Of a stretch of DNA of 64,000 nucleotides, positions 39,068 to 53,524 are shown piece by piece. Location: assembly GCA_964016885.1 (NCBI GenBank), contig OZ024741.1, forward strand, positions 220,782,001 to 220,846,000, given 5' to 3'. Below the pieces are notes generated by a model. The model was not told the origin of the DNA, did no database searches, and saw only the letters and a program-made list of their open reading frames with translations. How positions within the stretch are numbered: the stretch's first letter is position 1; each line of letters opens with the position of its first letter. Both the position numbers and the translations under genes were made by a program. Origin of the DNA: Eledone cirrhosa. Its lineage: Eukaryota.

Positions 39068-40244
39068 TAGCATGATAATTATGAGAATAAGAAAGATTAG
39101 CGAGAGTGAAAAGAGGAAGATACGGAAAAATATTTTTTGTCGGGAGAGAAATCACGTGTATGTGTATGTTTAGTTAGAAATGTATGTTTAGAGATGGGTG
39201 AGTGTATATATATGTGTGCGTGTGTGTCTGTGTGTGTTTAGAGATATGTGAGTGTATGTATATATCTGTGTGTATGTGTGTGTTTGCAAAATCATTGTTG
39301 CAGCATACGAAAATAGTTAAGTTAGAAAATATATCATTGTGAGACGTTAATCGATTGTCGTGCCGTTACACATCAATAAAGTGAAACAGATTTGACTGGA
39401 TGACACATAAGTTAATTATGTATACACAAAACATATTGTAGATACAATAAATAAATGTTTTATTCTTCTTTTATTATACAATCCATATATATGCCATTAG
39501 CCACAACAACTTGTTACTGGCAAAGTATTGAAATCTCTAAAATCTCTCGTTTATTTTATGAATTCTGATAATTGAATATTTCGGTTATTTGCATAATAAT
39601 TTTAATCACACGGGATTCACATTTAAGAGGAATTAAATTAGTTGCTAGTTGTTTGTGTTATACTTGTTGATGGTGTTTAACCCAAATCATTCCTGGTTTA
39701 GCAGACCTAAATCCACACTATTTCATACATTTTCATCAGATTAATAAAAATAATCGTATGCTCATGTGCAGAGATGCTATAAAATAGTTTATAAAATAGC
39801 GTGAGGTCCCTTAAAGACAGGAAAAGAAGTTTCTATCGGCCGCTATGAGGAATCGAACCTTGTATCTCTTGGCTATCAGCTGTCTATTTCCAATTCGTAA
39901 GGAACGAAGGGCTACATCAGCTAACATTAGTGGAGACTTGACAGCTGTTTCTAACAAATCGATCCATCACACGGATGACTCCTCTTTCGGACGTGTGAAT
40001 GTAGTATATTTGTAGTAGTAGTAGTTATAATTCATGATGTTATTTAACAGAAATCAGCCTCGAGGGAGATTCTGTTGTTATTTATAGGAGGTCGAGCTAC
40101 CATGAAGAGGCTCCATTAAGTTCGTATATGCCGCTCACGAGCAGTAGGTATACTAGGTGATCTTACAAGTTTTTAAATGTGGTACTTATGAGAGATAGGC
40201 GGGAAAAGTAAAGTAATTTTGGATCATTAGAACATCTGACTGAT

Positions 40245-40600
40245 AAAATAACAAGTCAGTCAATCATATTGGTGGCCTCCCCACAGCCCCGGTGGACAGA
40301 ATGGAGAAAGTGTTTCCCCGGGGGACGGCAAGGGAGACGCGCTGGAAAAGCCTTTTTCAGCTCGCGTGGCTCACACCTGTGGCTGGCCAGCTCAGTGCCT
40401 ATGGTGGTGAGTAGGGAGGTAGCCCTAAAACCGAGGACACCAGAAATCTCCACTGCGAAGGGTACGACCGCAAACCTGTCGGAGAGCGACCAGTACTTGG
40501 AGAGTTTGGCCTCCTCAGCCCGACGTGCAGAAGAACCTGGGTTAGTCGCAGACTGCACCAGGTTGCGGCTGGAGAAATGTGATTGTCGCAGCATACCATT
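40245..40600 (-). pseudogene. CRE-clade-like RLE non-LTR retrotransposon 3' fragment
   Basis: GSSARRAEEAKLSKY...FAVVPFAVEISGVLGFRATSLL fits the AxxAExxKxxKY...PxAxExxGxxG RLE tail. Confidence 0.68.
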
Positions 40601-40613
40601 TCTCCTCCTTACA

Positions 40614-41115
40614 ATACAGGGTGACTTAAAGGAAACTCTTTATTTAAAATAGTTAATAATTTATTAATTATTGGTCGACTTTTATAAAACATTTTGAACA
40701 GTATAATGGTAGAAGTACAGTATAGTATTAAAATTGTACATAGGCACCAATGTTTTCCACCTGTGTTTGTAATCGAATGGATGTATCCTCGACTGACTTC
40801 ATTAGGAACTCAGGTGGTATGTTGGTCAGAGTATGACGAATGCGTTCCTCCAATTGAGTCAAAGAATTGTTTTGAACTATATACTTCTTCCTTCGCCCAG
40901 CCCCACAGCAAAAGATCTCCTGGCATTAAGTCAGGGCTTCTTGCTGTCCATTCATGTGGACCTAGATGACTCAACCGATGTCCAGGAAATTGGACACCAA
41001 GGCACTTATGGACAGTGCGTGCCAAATGAGGCCATTGATGTTGTTCTATGTGGTCACAGTAAACGAAACGTTATAAGTAATTTTCAATAGGAAGTTTCTT
41101 TCCAGCCACCCTGTA
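40614..41115 (-). mobile_element. Internally deleted Tc1/mariner-superfamily transposon
   Basis: TA-flanked TIRs tacagggtgacttaaaggaaact / agtttctttccagccaccctgta. Transposase remnant WTARSPDLMPGDLLLWGWAKEEVY. Confidence 0.8.
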
Positions 41116-41250
41116 TATGTTGCCGCATGAATTTTAACGATGTTGGTTGATGCAAGGTACAGTGTGACATGATGGTGATGGTGATGGTGATGGTAATGGT
41201 GATAGTTTTTAATGGTAACTAGAAGAAGGATTGGGCGTAGGAGGAGGGGT

Positions 41251-41467
41251 GAAGAAGAAGAAGAAGAAGAAGAAGAAGAAGAAGAAGAAGAAGAAGAAGA
41301 AGAAGAAGAAGAAGAAGAAGAAGAAGAAGAAGAAGAAGAAGAAGAAGAAGAAGAAGAAGAAGAAGAAGGAGGAGGAGGAGGAGGAGGAGGAGGAGGAGGA
41401 GAAGAAGAAGAAGAAGAAGAAGAAGAAGAAGAAGAAGAAGAAGAAGAAGAAGAAGAAGAAGAAGAAG
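41251..41467. repeat. (GAA)n-(GGA)n-(GAA)n compound triplet repeat
   Basis: Seen directly. Confidence 0.95.
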
Positions 41468-42180
41468 GGTGGGGGAGCTATTTTAAGCAATCGAAATGTT
41501 TGTTATCTTGATATAAAATTTGTCCAGTTTTCCTGGACGAACCGATCAATTCAAATACAAAAATACAACTAAGAAAATAAAATAATTATAAAACAAAGAC
41601 ATAAAAATATATTTAAACGAAATTAAGAACCCCAAAAGATCCAAAAAAACAACAACGACAGAAAAAAATTATAACGATTTTCAACTAATCAAACGACATC
41701 AATCAAGAAATCCACCATTAAAAATTCTTTCCCGAATCTAGATGGTTCTTGTGACAGGAAAACTGGCAAGTCAAAAATTCAATTTCGGCGTCGTTTTCGA
41801 TCGTTTAAAACGGAAAATGACGTCCATTTTCGATTCTGGGAATATTTTTTTTTATATTTTTCTATCATTTTTTAGTACAGTATATTGATTATTTGACAGG
41901 GGGTGGGGTTGTTAATTTTTTATATATATTATATATCGGTATTTTTCATTTATTTTCTGTAATGTATGGCGTATATAAATGTATACATATATACATATAT
42001 ATATATATAATATACATGTGTATATATATGTATATATATTTATGTTCTTGTATATGTATAAAATTATCTATCTATATATATGCATACATATATATATATA
42101 TATTTATATATATATGTATATATGTACATATATGTACATATATATATGTATATATAAAGGAGCATATATATATGTGTCTG

Positions 42181-42265
<85 letters not shown>

Positions 42266-42479
42266 ATATATATATATGTACATGTACATGTGTATATATA
42301 TATATATATATATAGATATATAGATATATATATACACATGTACAGATACATCTATATATACACATATGTGCATATAGATATATACATATATCTATATACA
42401 TATATATATATATACACACATATAAATACATATATATATATATTCATATATATATACATATATATATATATATATGTAC

Positions 42480-42570
<91 letters not shown>

Positions 42571-42819
42571 GTACATGTACATATGTGTGTATATATGTAT
42601 ATGTACATATGTATATATATATATGTATATGCATATATATATGTATATGTGTATATATATGAGTGTGTGTGTATATATATGTGTATATATGTATGCGTAT
42701 ATATATGTGTGTGTATATAAATGTTTATATATATATATATATATATATATGGGTGTGTGTGTATATGTGTATACACATATATATACACACACACACATAT
42801 ATATATATATATTTATCTT

Positions 42820-42850
<31 letters not shown>

Positions 42851-42902
42851 GTGTGTGTGTGTGCGTGTGTGTCTACATATATGTGTATACATATATATAT
42901 AT

Positions 42903-42976
<74 letters not shown>

Positions 42977-43155
42977 GGCATTCCTGTTGACGTATTATTA
43001 TGATTTTATATTTTTTACTAATTTTTTTCTCGTGTCTGTTTGTTGTTGTTTTTCCTTAAAATTTTTATTTTACGTTCGCTTGAAGCAAAATTTCAAGAAA
43101 GAACTCAATTAAAGTGACAAATCGAATAGAGTATTTCACAGAATCTATCTCACTT

Positions 43156-43191
<36 letters not shown>

Positions 43192-43211
43192 TCTCTGACT
43201 CTCTCTCTCTT

Positions 43212-43247
<36 letters not shown>

Positions 43248-43257
43248 TCTCTCGCGC

Positions 43258-43379
<122 letters not shown>

Positions 43380-43400
43380 TATCTGTATATGTCTATTTAC

Positions 43401-43447
<47 letters not shown>

Positions 43448-43485
43448 CATCAGGCTCTCTCTCTCTCTTTCTTTCCTTCTTTCTC

Positions 43486-43566
<81 letters not shown>

Positions 43567-43595
43567 ATATATATATATATATATACCCATTCAGG

Positions 43596-43634
<39 letters not shown>

Positions 43635-43711
43635 TTATTTATATATAAGCCTGAATGGGTATATATATATATATATATATATAATAATGGAGCTGCGGCG
43701 TTGCAAATGGG

Positions 43712-43784
<73 letters not shown>

Positions 43785-43840
43785 CCTGAATGGGTATATA
43801 TATAAATATATATATATATATTTATATATAAGCCTAAATG

Positions 43841-43888
<48 letters not shown>

Positions 43889-43954
43889 AATATATATATA
43901 TGTGTGTTTTTATATACATCTGTGAGTGTATGTATATGCATCTGTGTGCACGTG

Positions 43955-43987
<33 letters not shown>

Positions 43988-44078
43988 AAAGTCATTTTTA
44001 CATCTCTACCGATTCAGAATCTAACAATTCATTGAAATGAAATTGTCTTCTGACATAACACATTACTTTACTGACTTC

Positions 44079-44862
44079 TGGTGGTGGTGGTGGTGGTGGT
44101 GGTGGTGGTGGTGGTTGTGGTGGTGGTGGTGTAGATAGTAGGGTGGTGGTGGTGGGAGATAGTAGTGTGGTGGTGGTTGTGGTGGTGGTGGTAGGAGATA
44201 GTAGGGTGATGATGGTGGTGGTGGGAGATAGTAGGGTGGTGGTGGTGGCGGTTGTGGTGGTGGTGGTGGGAGATAGTAGGGTGATGATGGTGGTGGTGGG
44301 AGATAGAAGGGTGGTGGTGGTGGCGGTTGTGGTGGTGGGAGATAGTAGGGTGATGATGGTGGTGGTGGGAGATAGTAGGGTGATGATTGTGGTGGTGGGA
44401 GATAGAAGGGTGGTGGTGGTGGCGGTTGTGGTGGTGGTGGTGGGAGATAGTAGGGTGATGATGGTGGTGGTGGGAGATAGTAGGGTGATGATGGTGGTGG
44501 TGGGAGATAGTAGGGTGGTGGTGGTGGCGGTTGTGGTGGTGGTGGTGGGAGATAGTAGGGTGATGATGGTGGTGGTGGGAGATAGAAGGGTGGTGGTGGT
44601 GGCGGTTGTGGTGGTGGTGGTGGGAGATAGTAGGGTGATGATGGTGGTGGTGGGAGATAGTAGGGTGATGATGGTGGTGGTGGGAGATAGTAGGGTGGTG
44701 TTGGTGGTGGTGGGAGATAGTAGGGTGATGATGGTGGTGGTGGGAGATAGTAGGGTGGTGTTGGTGGTGGTGGGAGATAGTAGGGTGATGTTGGTGGTGG
44801 TGGGAGATAGTAGGGTGGTGGTGGTGGGTGATAGTAGGGTGGTGGTGGTTGTGGTGGTGGTT
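44079..44862. repeat. GGT-rich minisatellite, ~30-45-bp variants of ggtggtggtgggagatagtagggtgatgat
   Basis: Seen directly. Confidence 0.92.
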
Positions 44863-45109
44863 GTGTTAATCTTACTGCGGCCAATAACGTTAAATTAATG
44901 TTGAAACCAAGACTCATTTTAAACAATGGATGACATCATACACACACACACATACATACACACATGAAACACATACATACACTCATGAAACACATACATC
45001 ACATTAAACACACATATGCACATGTATTGCGTATATATTGATTACTTAAAATCTCTGCTTGTAGATCTAGAAGCACACACACACATGTATACGTATATAT
45101 ATTATATAT

Positions 45110-45165
<56 letters not shown>

Positions 45166-45208
45166 TGTGTGCGTGTGTGGATATGTATGTATGTTTATTT
45201 GTTTGGTA

Positions 45209-45378
45209 TACAGTGAAATTCCATTATAACAAAATTCACAGGGTCTAAAAAAAATTCGTTGTAACGAAAAATTCTTTATAACGAGATCGACCGGAACAAA
45301 TTTGTTTGTTATTACACCCGGGATTGCAAAAACATTTCGTTGTACTGAAAAATTCGTTATAACAGAATTTTACCTGTA
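45209..45378. mobile_element. pogo/Tigger-like MITE
   Basis: TA-flanked imperfect TIRs tacagtgaaattccattataac / gttataacagaattttacctgta, with internal repeats of aaaattcgtt.taac. Confidence 0.65.
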
Positions 45379-45954
45379 TTCAAAACAGCATGTAGCTATA
45401 CGAAACGCCACACGGCGCCCAATATAGCAATGTAACCATTTGTGCCTTGGAGAGCCTTTATACGGCGCCCAATACAGCAACATATAACGTGCCTAAGAAA
45501 GGCACCATACGACGCCCCATATAGCAACATAAATAAGTGTGCCTAAGAAAGCCCCATACGGTGCCGAATATAGCAACATAACTTAGTCTCTCATCGTGAC
45601 GAAATTCATAAAACCAAGTACCAGTCAAATATTGGGGGTCGAATTAATCGAATTCTTAGTAGTAATCAAAATCTTAGTAGTGTTCCTTATTGAAAATAGG
45701 TTAATTTTGGTCTAAGCTTCACCTGCGACTCACAAAACTAAACTAAAGTTTCCGTCCCTCCACCTGCTCATACTTATGGAAGTAAATCTATTCCACATTC
45801 CACCAATATAAATGAAACTTAAGGGTCAGTCCGGCCATTGGTCCTGGATGACACGATGGATAAGACATTGTACCTGGGGGACGGTGAGGGAGACGCCATG
45901 CTTATGGAAGTAAATTTATTCCATTTCTACCACCATAAAGGAAACTTAATATAA

Positions 45955-46137
45955 TAATAATTGTTTCTAGTTTTGGCACAAGGCCAGAAATTATCCCAGT
46001 ACATTACTGGTACTTTATTTTATCGACCTCGTAAGGATGAAAGGCAAAGTTAACCACAGCGGGATTTGAACTCAGACCATAAAGGGCCGTAACTCTTTGC
46101 TGCAATGCATGGCGTCCGACCCTCTACTGATACTGCA
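45955..46137 (-). mobile_element. OK-type SINE
   Basis: Reverse-complement head, core and tail. Confidence 0.87.
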
Positions 46138-46362
46138 ACAATGAAAATTGTGTAGAGTGCTCAGGTGCACTACAACTCATCAAAGGTGCATGTATAGTAC
46201 CAAGAATAATGTTCAAATGTCAGAAAAATGAACACTGTATGAGTCATGAAATACACACAGGTACATGCATGCGTGTGTATAGAGGGGGAATATCAGGTGT
46301 AGTGTTGGCGAATTTCGGGAAGCTTGGAGGCTTTGAAGGATGCAGTGTCCCGACAGCTAACA
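46138..46362 (-). mobile_element. CR1-like LINE 3' end fragment
   Basis: The minus strand ends VSCRDTASFKASKLPEIRQHYT*, followed by a short UTR. Confidence 0.5.
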
Positions 46363-46834
46363 AGGGTCAGTCCGTCTCCTAGGGCCGACCGACAGTATCT
46401 ATTTATTAATTTAGTTGAGAAATTAGTTATATCGCTTTATGTTCTAATTTCACACCCCGCCTTCATCAACTGGACATTTCATCTTTCTAAGGTCGTGGGT
46501 CGATATAAACAACCCCGTCCCCCTCTCCACGCCATAAAAAAGAATGTGTCACTCGGACTCTATGCTACAAATCGTTAATATATTTTGATGTTAGTTTAAA
46601 TCTCTAATAATTAATCTCAGATGTCTGACCGTAATCGATTAATCAATATCACATATAGAAAACTAGATGGTCTTCTAGGGCTCACACTCCTCCCAAGTTC
46701 TTCGTTTACATATAATCTGTAGGGACAGTTCGCAGTTGAAATATACTTCACTGATGATGACCTGTACGTGGTCGTTTAGTCTGTTAAAAATAGCAACCAG
46801 GTCTCCCTCAGTTATTATTATTTTGGGGGATCTT

Positions 46835-47105
46835 TAAAATAAAGCACCAGTAATACACTGGAATCGATTTAATCGACTTTCCCCTCTCCCCAAACTTCTG
46901 GCCTTGTGCCTATAGTAGAAACCATTATATTATTATTATTAGGGCGGTGGATTGGCAGTAGCGGTAGAGCGTCAGATACCATGCTTTGTGGCATAGAGTT
47001 ACGGCCCTTTACATTCTGACTTCAAATCCCACCGAGGTTAGCTTTGCCTTTCATGCTTACGGAGTCGATAAAATAAAGTACCAGTAACACACTGGGCTCG
47101 ATTCA
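46835..47105 (+). mobile_element. OK-type SINE tail followed by a second copy
   Basis: Tail at 46835-46935; head gggcggtggattggcagtagcggtagag at 46942. Confidence 0.83.
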
Positions 47106-47305
47106 ATTCGGAGAAGTAGTGGCTCTATCTGGAATGACTTTCTGATTTCCAAGCTGTGCACACTATTGAGTAAAGTTAACCCTGTATAGTGTTTATATCT
47201 GGTCTATCAAGTGAATCCATATTTTGGAGAGGACTTTAAGGTGAAATTTTCGTCTTATAGGCCGACACATAGCATAAACCTTTTTGTACCGTATTTCTAA
47301 TGTAA

Positions 47306-47507
47306 TACGTATGTCGGCGGAAAGGTTCATAGGTTGACTGTGAAGGAATGATGTTAGAGCTGGGAAATCTTGCATGCATTAATTTCAACTAGTCTTATTA
47401 GTAACTGCATTGTTTCTTTCTAGGGACTATATTGAAAAATAAACCTCATTTGGTCATTCCATGAGAGTATCTTGGTCAGCATATGAACCTTTCAGCCGAC
47501 CCTCATA
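47306..47507. mobile_element. Intact ~200-bp mariner-type MITE
   Basis: TIRs tacgtatgtcggcggaaaggttcataggttgac / gtcagcatatgaacctttcagccgaccctcata. The interior matches the units at 3.3-3.6 kb and 10.8-11.3 kb. Confidence 0.78.
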
Positions 47508-47671
47508 CACTGCCTGTGTTTCAATTAGTTTTGAAAATAATCAAATATTTGGAGAGGAATTTAATAAAATAACCAACTCTTTCATAATGAAGATGATATT
47601 CAAAACATTTCTTAACAAACATTTCATAAATAAGATTATAATGGAAAGATTTAATATAAGTATAAGCATGA

Positions 47672-47788
47672 AGGCGCTTGGCTTAGTGGTTAGAGAGTTC
47701 GATTAGCAACCGTGAGGCGGCGAGTTCAATTCTCGGACCGCGTGATGCGTTGTGTCCGTGAGCAAGACACTTTATTTCACGTTCCTCC
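47672..47788 (+). mobile_element. tRNA-derived SINE head with CORE-like segment
   Basis: A-box tggcttagtgg, B-box gagttcaattc, then gtgtccgtgagcaagacacttt. Confidence 0.7.
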
Positions 47789-48578
47789 TTCTGTCAGGAG
47801 TTGCGACCGGTAGATAGTATCAGCAATGGAAAGACTAATGGAAACATTGTTTCTTTGGTTTGACTTGATGAGTTCCACTCAACTCGTTAAGTGAATAAGT
47901 TGTGAGATCTTGTCTATCGCTTCCTTTAATTATCTTGATCTGTCAGGAGTTGTAACCTGTAGATAGTACCAACAATAGAAAGAGCAATGGAAAAATTGTT
48001 CCTTGGTTCGATTTGACGAGTTCCTGACCACAAACAAATGAGGTTTGGGATCTTGTCGATCGATTGATCGACACAACTGAAGAGTCCTCTCAAACAATTT
48101 TGGCCTGATTTCCACAGCTGTATGCATCTATCGACACTGTAAGGATGAAAGGCAAAGCTAAGCTGGCGGAATTTAAACTCAAAACGTAAATATATGTAAC
48201 TATACGGCACATTGTCACAGCTTCTCACAACTCTACTGGCTTTTACACTTACAACTCTACGAATCCGTCTGAGTATCCACGTACTTCTTATGAAACCACA
48301 ATACACAGACGATGACAAAATGTTTAAACTGCTGACCACTTAGAAGTTTGCTGAGATCGATTCAGTCGTTGTGATATCGATACTATCTTTATGCTGAAAT
48401 CAATGCGACCATAGATTTTTTTTATCGATCAAAATATTCTTTTGGTCTAAATCAGGCAGATATTATTGGAACATTGATTAAAGTACGTTGACCATTAGCA
48501 GTATTGGTGATACAGTCCCTCGTTAGTCATCCAGTAGCCGTGATGTATATTGGCTACTACTGTAGGGTCGACAACGAC

Positions 48579-48579
<1 letters not shown>

Positions 48580-48625
<46 letters not shown>

Positions 48626-48756
48626 GGTGGTGGTGGTGGTGGTGGTGTTGATGATGATGAGGATGGTGGTGGTGGTGGTGGTGGTAGTGGTGGTGGTGGT
48701 GGTGTTGGTGGTGATGAGGATGGTGGTGGTGGTGGTGGTGGTGGTGGTGGTAGTGT

Positions 48757-48787
<31 letters not shown>

Positions 48788-49855
48788 GTTGATGATGATG
48801 AGGATGGTGGTGGTGGTGGTGGTGGTGGTGGTAGTGGTGGTGGTGGTGGTGTTGGTGGTGATGAGGATGGTGGTGGTGGTGGTGGTGGTGGTGGTGGTGG
48901 TGTTGATGATGATGAGGATGGTGGTGGTGGTGGTGGTGGTGGTGTTGATGATGATGAGGATGGTGGTGGTGGTGGTGGTGGTGGTGGTGGTGGTGGTGGT
49001 GATGATGAGGATGGTGGTGGTGGTGGTGGTGGTGGTGGTGGTGGTGGTGGTGGTGGTGGTGGTGATGATGAGGATGGTGGTGGTGGTGGTGGTGGTGGTG
49101 GTGGCCGTGGCGGTGGTGGTCGCGTCGTCGTCACGATTGTGCTACTGCTGGTGTTGATGCTGTTACTGATTATGATGATGGTTCTGCTGGTGGTGGTGGT
49201 GGTGGTGGTGGTGGTGCTGCTGTTAATGATGTTGGTCATGGTGGTGGTGCTGCTGCTGCTGTTGGTGCTGATGGTGATAATGCTACTGCTGCTTCTGCTG
49301 CTGATGGTGATGGTCATGATTACCATGACGAAGAGAGAAACGATAATGTATGTTTTATGTTTTATCTCAATGACGATAACAAGCATAATGAAGGGCGTGA
49401 TGATGATGATGGTGGTGGTGGTGGTGGTGGTGATGGTGGTGGTGGTGGTGGTGGTGATGATGATGATGGTGGTGGTGGTGGTGGTGGTGATGAGGATGAT
49501 GGTGGTGGCTGTGATGGTGGTGATGATGATGGTGGTGGTGGTGGTGGTGGTTGTGTTGATGATGATGGTGGTTGTGGTGGTGATAGCGATGATGATGGTG
49601 GTGGCTGTGATGGTGGTGATGATGACGGTGGTGGCGGTGGTTGTGGTGGCGGTGATGATTATGATGATGGTGGTGGTACTGGTGGTGGTGGTGGTGGGGA
49701 TCATGATGATGGTGGTGGTGGTGGTGGTGGTGGTGGTGGTGGTGGTGGTGGTGGTGGTGGTGGTGGTTGTGGTGATGATGGCGATGGCGGCGATGGCGAT
49801 GGGGTGGTGATGATTATGATGATGATGATGATGGTGGCGGTGGCGGTGGCGGCGG
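48580..49855. repeat. (GGT)n/(GAT)n compound triplet repeat
   Basis: Seen directly. Confidence 0.93.
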
Positions 49856-50202
49856 AAGCAGCAGCATTTAATGTCCATCGTACTACACAGTAGAGGTACC
49901 ATTTCCTGAAGTAGTTTCTAAAACTACATCACAGCAAAGCCATAGAACAGTTGATTTAAATTACCGTGTCTGTCTGACTGTCTGTCTGTCTGTCGGTCCT
50001 ATTTATTGGTTCTTACTACCACCACTCTCTCTCTCTCTTCACATATATATATATATATGAGACACGCTAGGTTCTGATGCCATGTGCGTTATTTTATATA
50101 AATATAAAATTGCGAAACAGCATTACCAAAAGCTGTCTGGGTGTTAGGGAGTTGCCCGTATTTGGTTTGTATTTCTTTTTTTTAATTTATTATTTTAAAT
50201 TG

Positions 50203-50313
50203 AGTCTCGCCGAGGTTGACTTTGCCTTTTATCCTTACGGAGTCGATAAAATAAAGTACCAGTAATGCACTGGTTAATTGCTGGCCTTGTGCCTAAAGTA
50301 GAAACAATTATTT
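50203..50313 (+). mobile_element. OK-type SINE, 5'-truncated
   Basis: Core and tail only. Confidence 0.8.
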
Positions 50314-50511
50314 TAAATTGAATCTAGCAAACCCTATTATTCATAGTATTTTTTTCACCCTAGCGAATCTGGTCCCATACGATTTGAACACATATATGTT
50401 TATATCTGTGTTTATCCTTCTTTTATATTCCACGGCTCAGAAAAACCTCTTTCTTTGAGCTATTTAATTGTAAGGGACTATTTTGAGTTTCTAACTCAAT
50501 ATATACCTTTG

Positions 50512-50579
<68 letters not shown>

Positions 50580-51931
50580 ATATATATATTTATATATATA
50601 TATATGAGGCATAATAAAATATCGTTATAGGTAATCCAGTTAAAGGTTGTGCATACTTCGTATTATGGTACGCCCTCATCAGATAAAATACAAAGTTTGT
50701 TTTATAAATAGTGATATACCCGATAAACCAGACCTTATCGGTTCAGGTTCCATTTGGAAAAATTTCAAATCATTTAGGATGGATATGCAAATGAAGTAAA
50801 AGCGTAGACTGAAAGAATCGTTATATTTAGACGCTAGGTAAATTTAAATAATTATTAGGATACTTTATAAAAGAAGATGAAGAAGAAGGAAGAAAGATAG
50901 ACTAATATTATTATTAGGGTGCAAGTAGATTTAAAAATTAAAAATTAAAAATGTGTTGAAGCGGTAGAATACTAATCCAAAAATGTTTAAATATATAACC
51001 AAATCATGAGTTATAATATTATATATAAAGTATATAATTAGATTTTATGAGGAATTAAGGTTGTAAGTACACTTTAGCTTATTATATTACAACCAGTCAA
51101 TTATATACATATTTATATAGATAGATAAAAATATAAATATTATTGGTGATTATACATGCTATTATTAATTCAAATATAATTTAAGGGTTCCGAAGGATAT
51201 TTTGTTTACATTTTCAATATATAGTTAAGAAAAGGACATAGTTCGAATGTTATTATAGAAAAACTTTTTGTACCTTCAAATAGTTCAATCAAGATAGAAA
51301 ACATTAAGTCAACGAAAATTATATTTATGTTGTTAAGAAGAGAAGATGCTTTATGCGTGCTAGATCATAAAAGAGCATAAAAGAAAAGGAAAAGGAAAAA
51401 GAAAAGGAAAAGATAACTCTAATGTTTATTAGTTACACTCTTTACGTTAGATTTGTCATTTATTTTAGAATTTACTTAAAATGTATACTCTTTTACCTGT
51501 TTCAGCCATCCGGCTGAGGCCATGCTGGGGAAAATTTTATATATTATTTTATGTATGATTATAAGGTATTTTATATTACATGTTTTCAAAGGTGAGAATT
51601 TCTTTTATATATGTATTTAGATATTATCTATATAGTCAATTAGGAAGAACATATTATTAGAGACCTCATGAGTGTATTTAGAAAACTATCACGAAAAAGG
51701 ATATATTTCAATATATCAATTAAGAAATATCAATTAAAAAAATATAAAAAAATATAAAAAATATCAATTAAGAAACCTAAGAAGTATATCAATTGGAAAA
51801 GAATATCATTTGTAAAAATAATTTGTAAAAATATTACATAAAAAGAAAAATATAATTTAAAAATCACATTAAAATCACATCGACAGAAGAATAGTGAAGA
51901 CATATAGAATGAGAATAAGTGAATTATATAC

Positions 51932-53340
51932 TATAGATTATAAATACTTCGGAAAGTCAATTTTTGGCGATGTCTGCAGGAACTAAATATTTCTTTTTTT
52001 AGGTTGATAGAGTGAGTATATAAAAAATGTCTTCAATACACAAATGACAGATTCTTGAGAGAGCCATATTTCGGTATGCGGGTGCTTTCGAAATCGTTCC
52101 CCAAGAGATTGAATAGTCAATATTATTGTCTTTTAAGTGCCAAATTAGATGTGAAAGTGATATAGAAAGTTTTTATCAGACCTATTAAATGTATGGTTAT
52201 GATTATACCAGCGGTCTTTAAATTTTGTAGAAGTGGCTCCTATATAGTTATTTTATTTTATGTCTAGTTTTAACTGTGCATTTGTATACTAAGTTTTTAT
52301 CTAGGCAATTATTCTGTAAAGGGCGATTAGGTTCATTTCTACAGTTACATTTACGAGAGTTAGTGTTACTAGGAACGGTTCTATTATTACTAGTATTAAT
52401 AGTGTTGTTAGTAATATTAATATTGTTATCTTGGTTTAATTGGTTTAGGTTTAAATTTAAGTTTCTATTAGTAATTCTATTTATATTTTGTGCTTTCATG
52501 GTAGTAGAGTAAGATAGTTTTATAGTATGTCTGATAAAAATAGAGTGATATCTGTGGGATTTAGGAAAACATTTATCTAATGCTTTGAAAAATAGTTTTG
52601 CTACAGGTCTTTTAACCCCTAATGAGAATAGGGGAGAGTACCATATAATATGGTTCTTTTGTTTGGTTTACTATTTAAGTTAAATTGTTTATTACTATTA
52701 TTATAGTGAATTTTAGGAAGATTTTGCATGTTATTGTTATATATGTATTTAATGTTATTCATATAGCCAGCTCTATGTAAAGCATCATTGTAATATTCTG
52801 TCTTCTTATCAAAAATATTTTTATTAGCTGAAATGCGTGAAATTCGTTGCTAGACACTATTGACAATAGTATTTTTTATATTACTAGGATGGTTAGAATG
52901 GAAGCTTACGTAATTTAGGTTTTCATTAATTTTATGGAAAGGATAATATAGTCCTGAGCTAAGGTTTAAAGTTACATCTAAGAAGTTAACAGTTTTATTA
53001 TTATTCTCGATTTCTAATTTAAGGTTGTAATTATTGAAAAATTCTATGATAGATTTCTTTTTCCTGTTAAGTTCACTACTGCTATGGTTTTCGAATAAAA
53101 GTAACAGATCGTTGTGATATAAACATCCGGTCATTTCTGGCATTTTCCTGTGTAGTACATTAAGAATAAATAATCCAACGAGGTCTGTTACTTGAGCTGA
53201 GTTCGATGATCCCATAGTGATATAAAAGTTATTCTGTCTATCAGCCCTTGTCCAGAGGTGGTTATTAAATTCGATTAGGGTTTCACGTGCTGTTAGAATT
53301 ATATTTATTTCATCACTAGATAGGTCTGTATATTTATAAA
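51932..53340 (-). pseudogene. PLE reverse transcriptase plus GIY-YIG endonuclease (frameshifted)
   Basis: MGSSNSAQVTDLVGL, YHNDLL (decayed YxDD), VNFLDVTL, SNHP, CNCRNEPNRPLQNNCL (CxCx5Cx5C-type linker), LVYKCTV, YIGATSTKFKDRWYNH, CHLCIE, SSCRH. Confidence 0.88.
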
Positions 53341-53524
53341 GTATCCTAATAATTATTTATATTTACCTAGCGTCTAAATATAACGATTCTTTCAGTCTAC
53401 GCTTCTACTTCATTTGCATATCCATCCTAAAGATTTGAAATTGTTCTCTTTTTCTTTCACTATCCTTATGGAACCGATAAGGTCTGGTTTATCGGGTATA
53501 TCACTATTTATAAAACAAATTTTG

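Noticed and set aside
41690-41870. CpG-containing unique stretch with cggaaaatgacgtc (ETS/CRE-like promoter motif)
   Set aside because: No associated exon or ORF could be supported.
44063-44926. Extensin-like PPPPSSPYYL ORF (287 aa) with an apparent hydrophobic N-terminus
   Set aside because: Almost entirely a GGT-rich minisatellite, non-ATG start, and open on both strands. Expression data would be needed to revive it.
48504-49902. Long poly-V, poly-T, poly-P and poly-G ORFs
   Set aside because: Triplet-repeat artefacts.
51932-53340. Selenocysteine/SECIS, as reported for some Naiad elements
   Set aside because: No in-frame TGA at the conserved Cys positions I translated (one Cys is CGC), and no convincing SECIS by eye. 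SECISearch would settle it.
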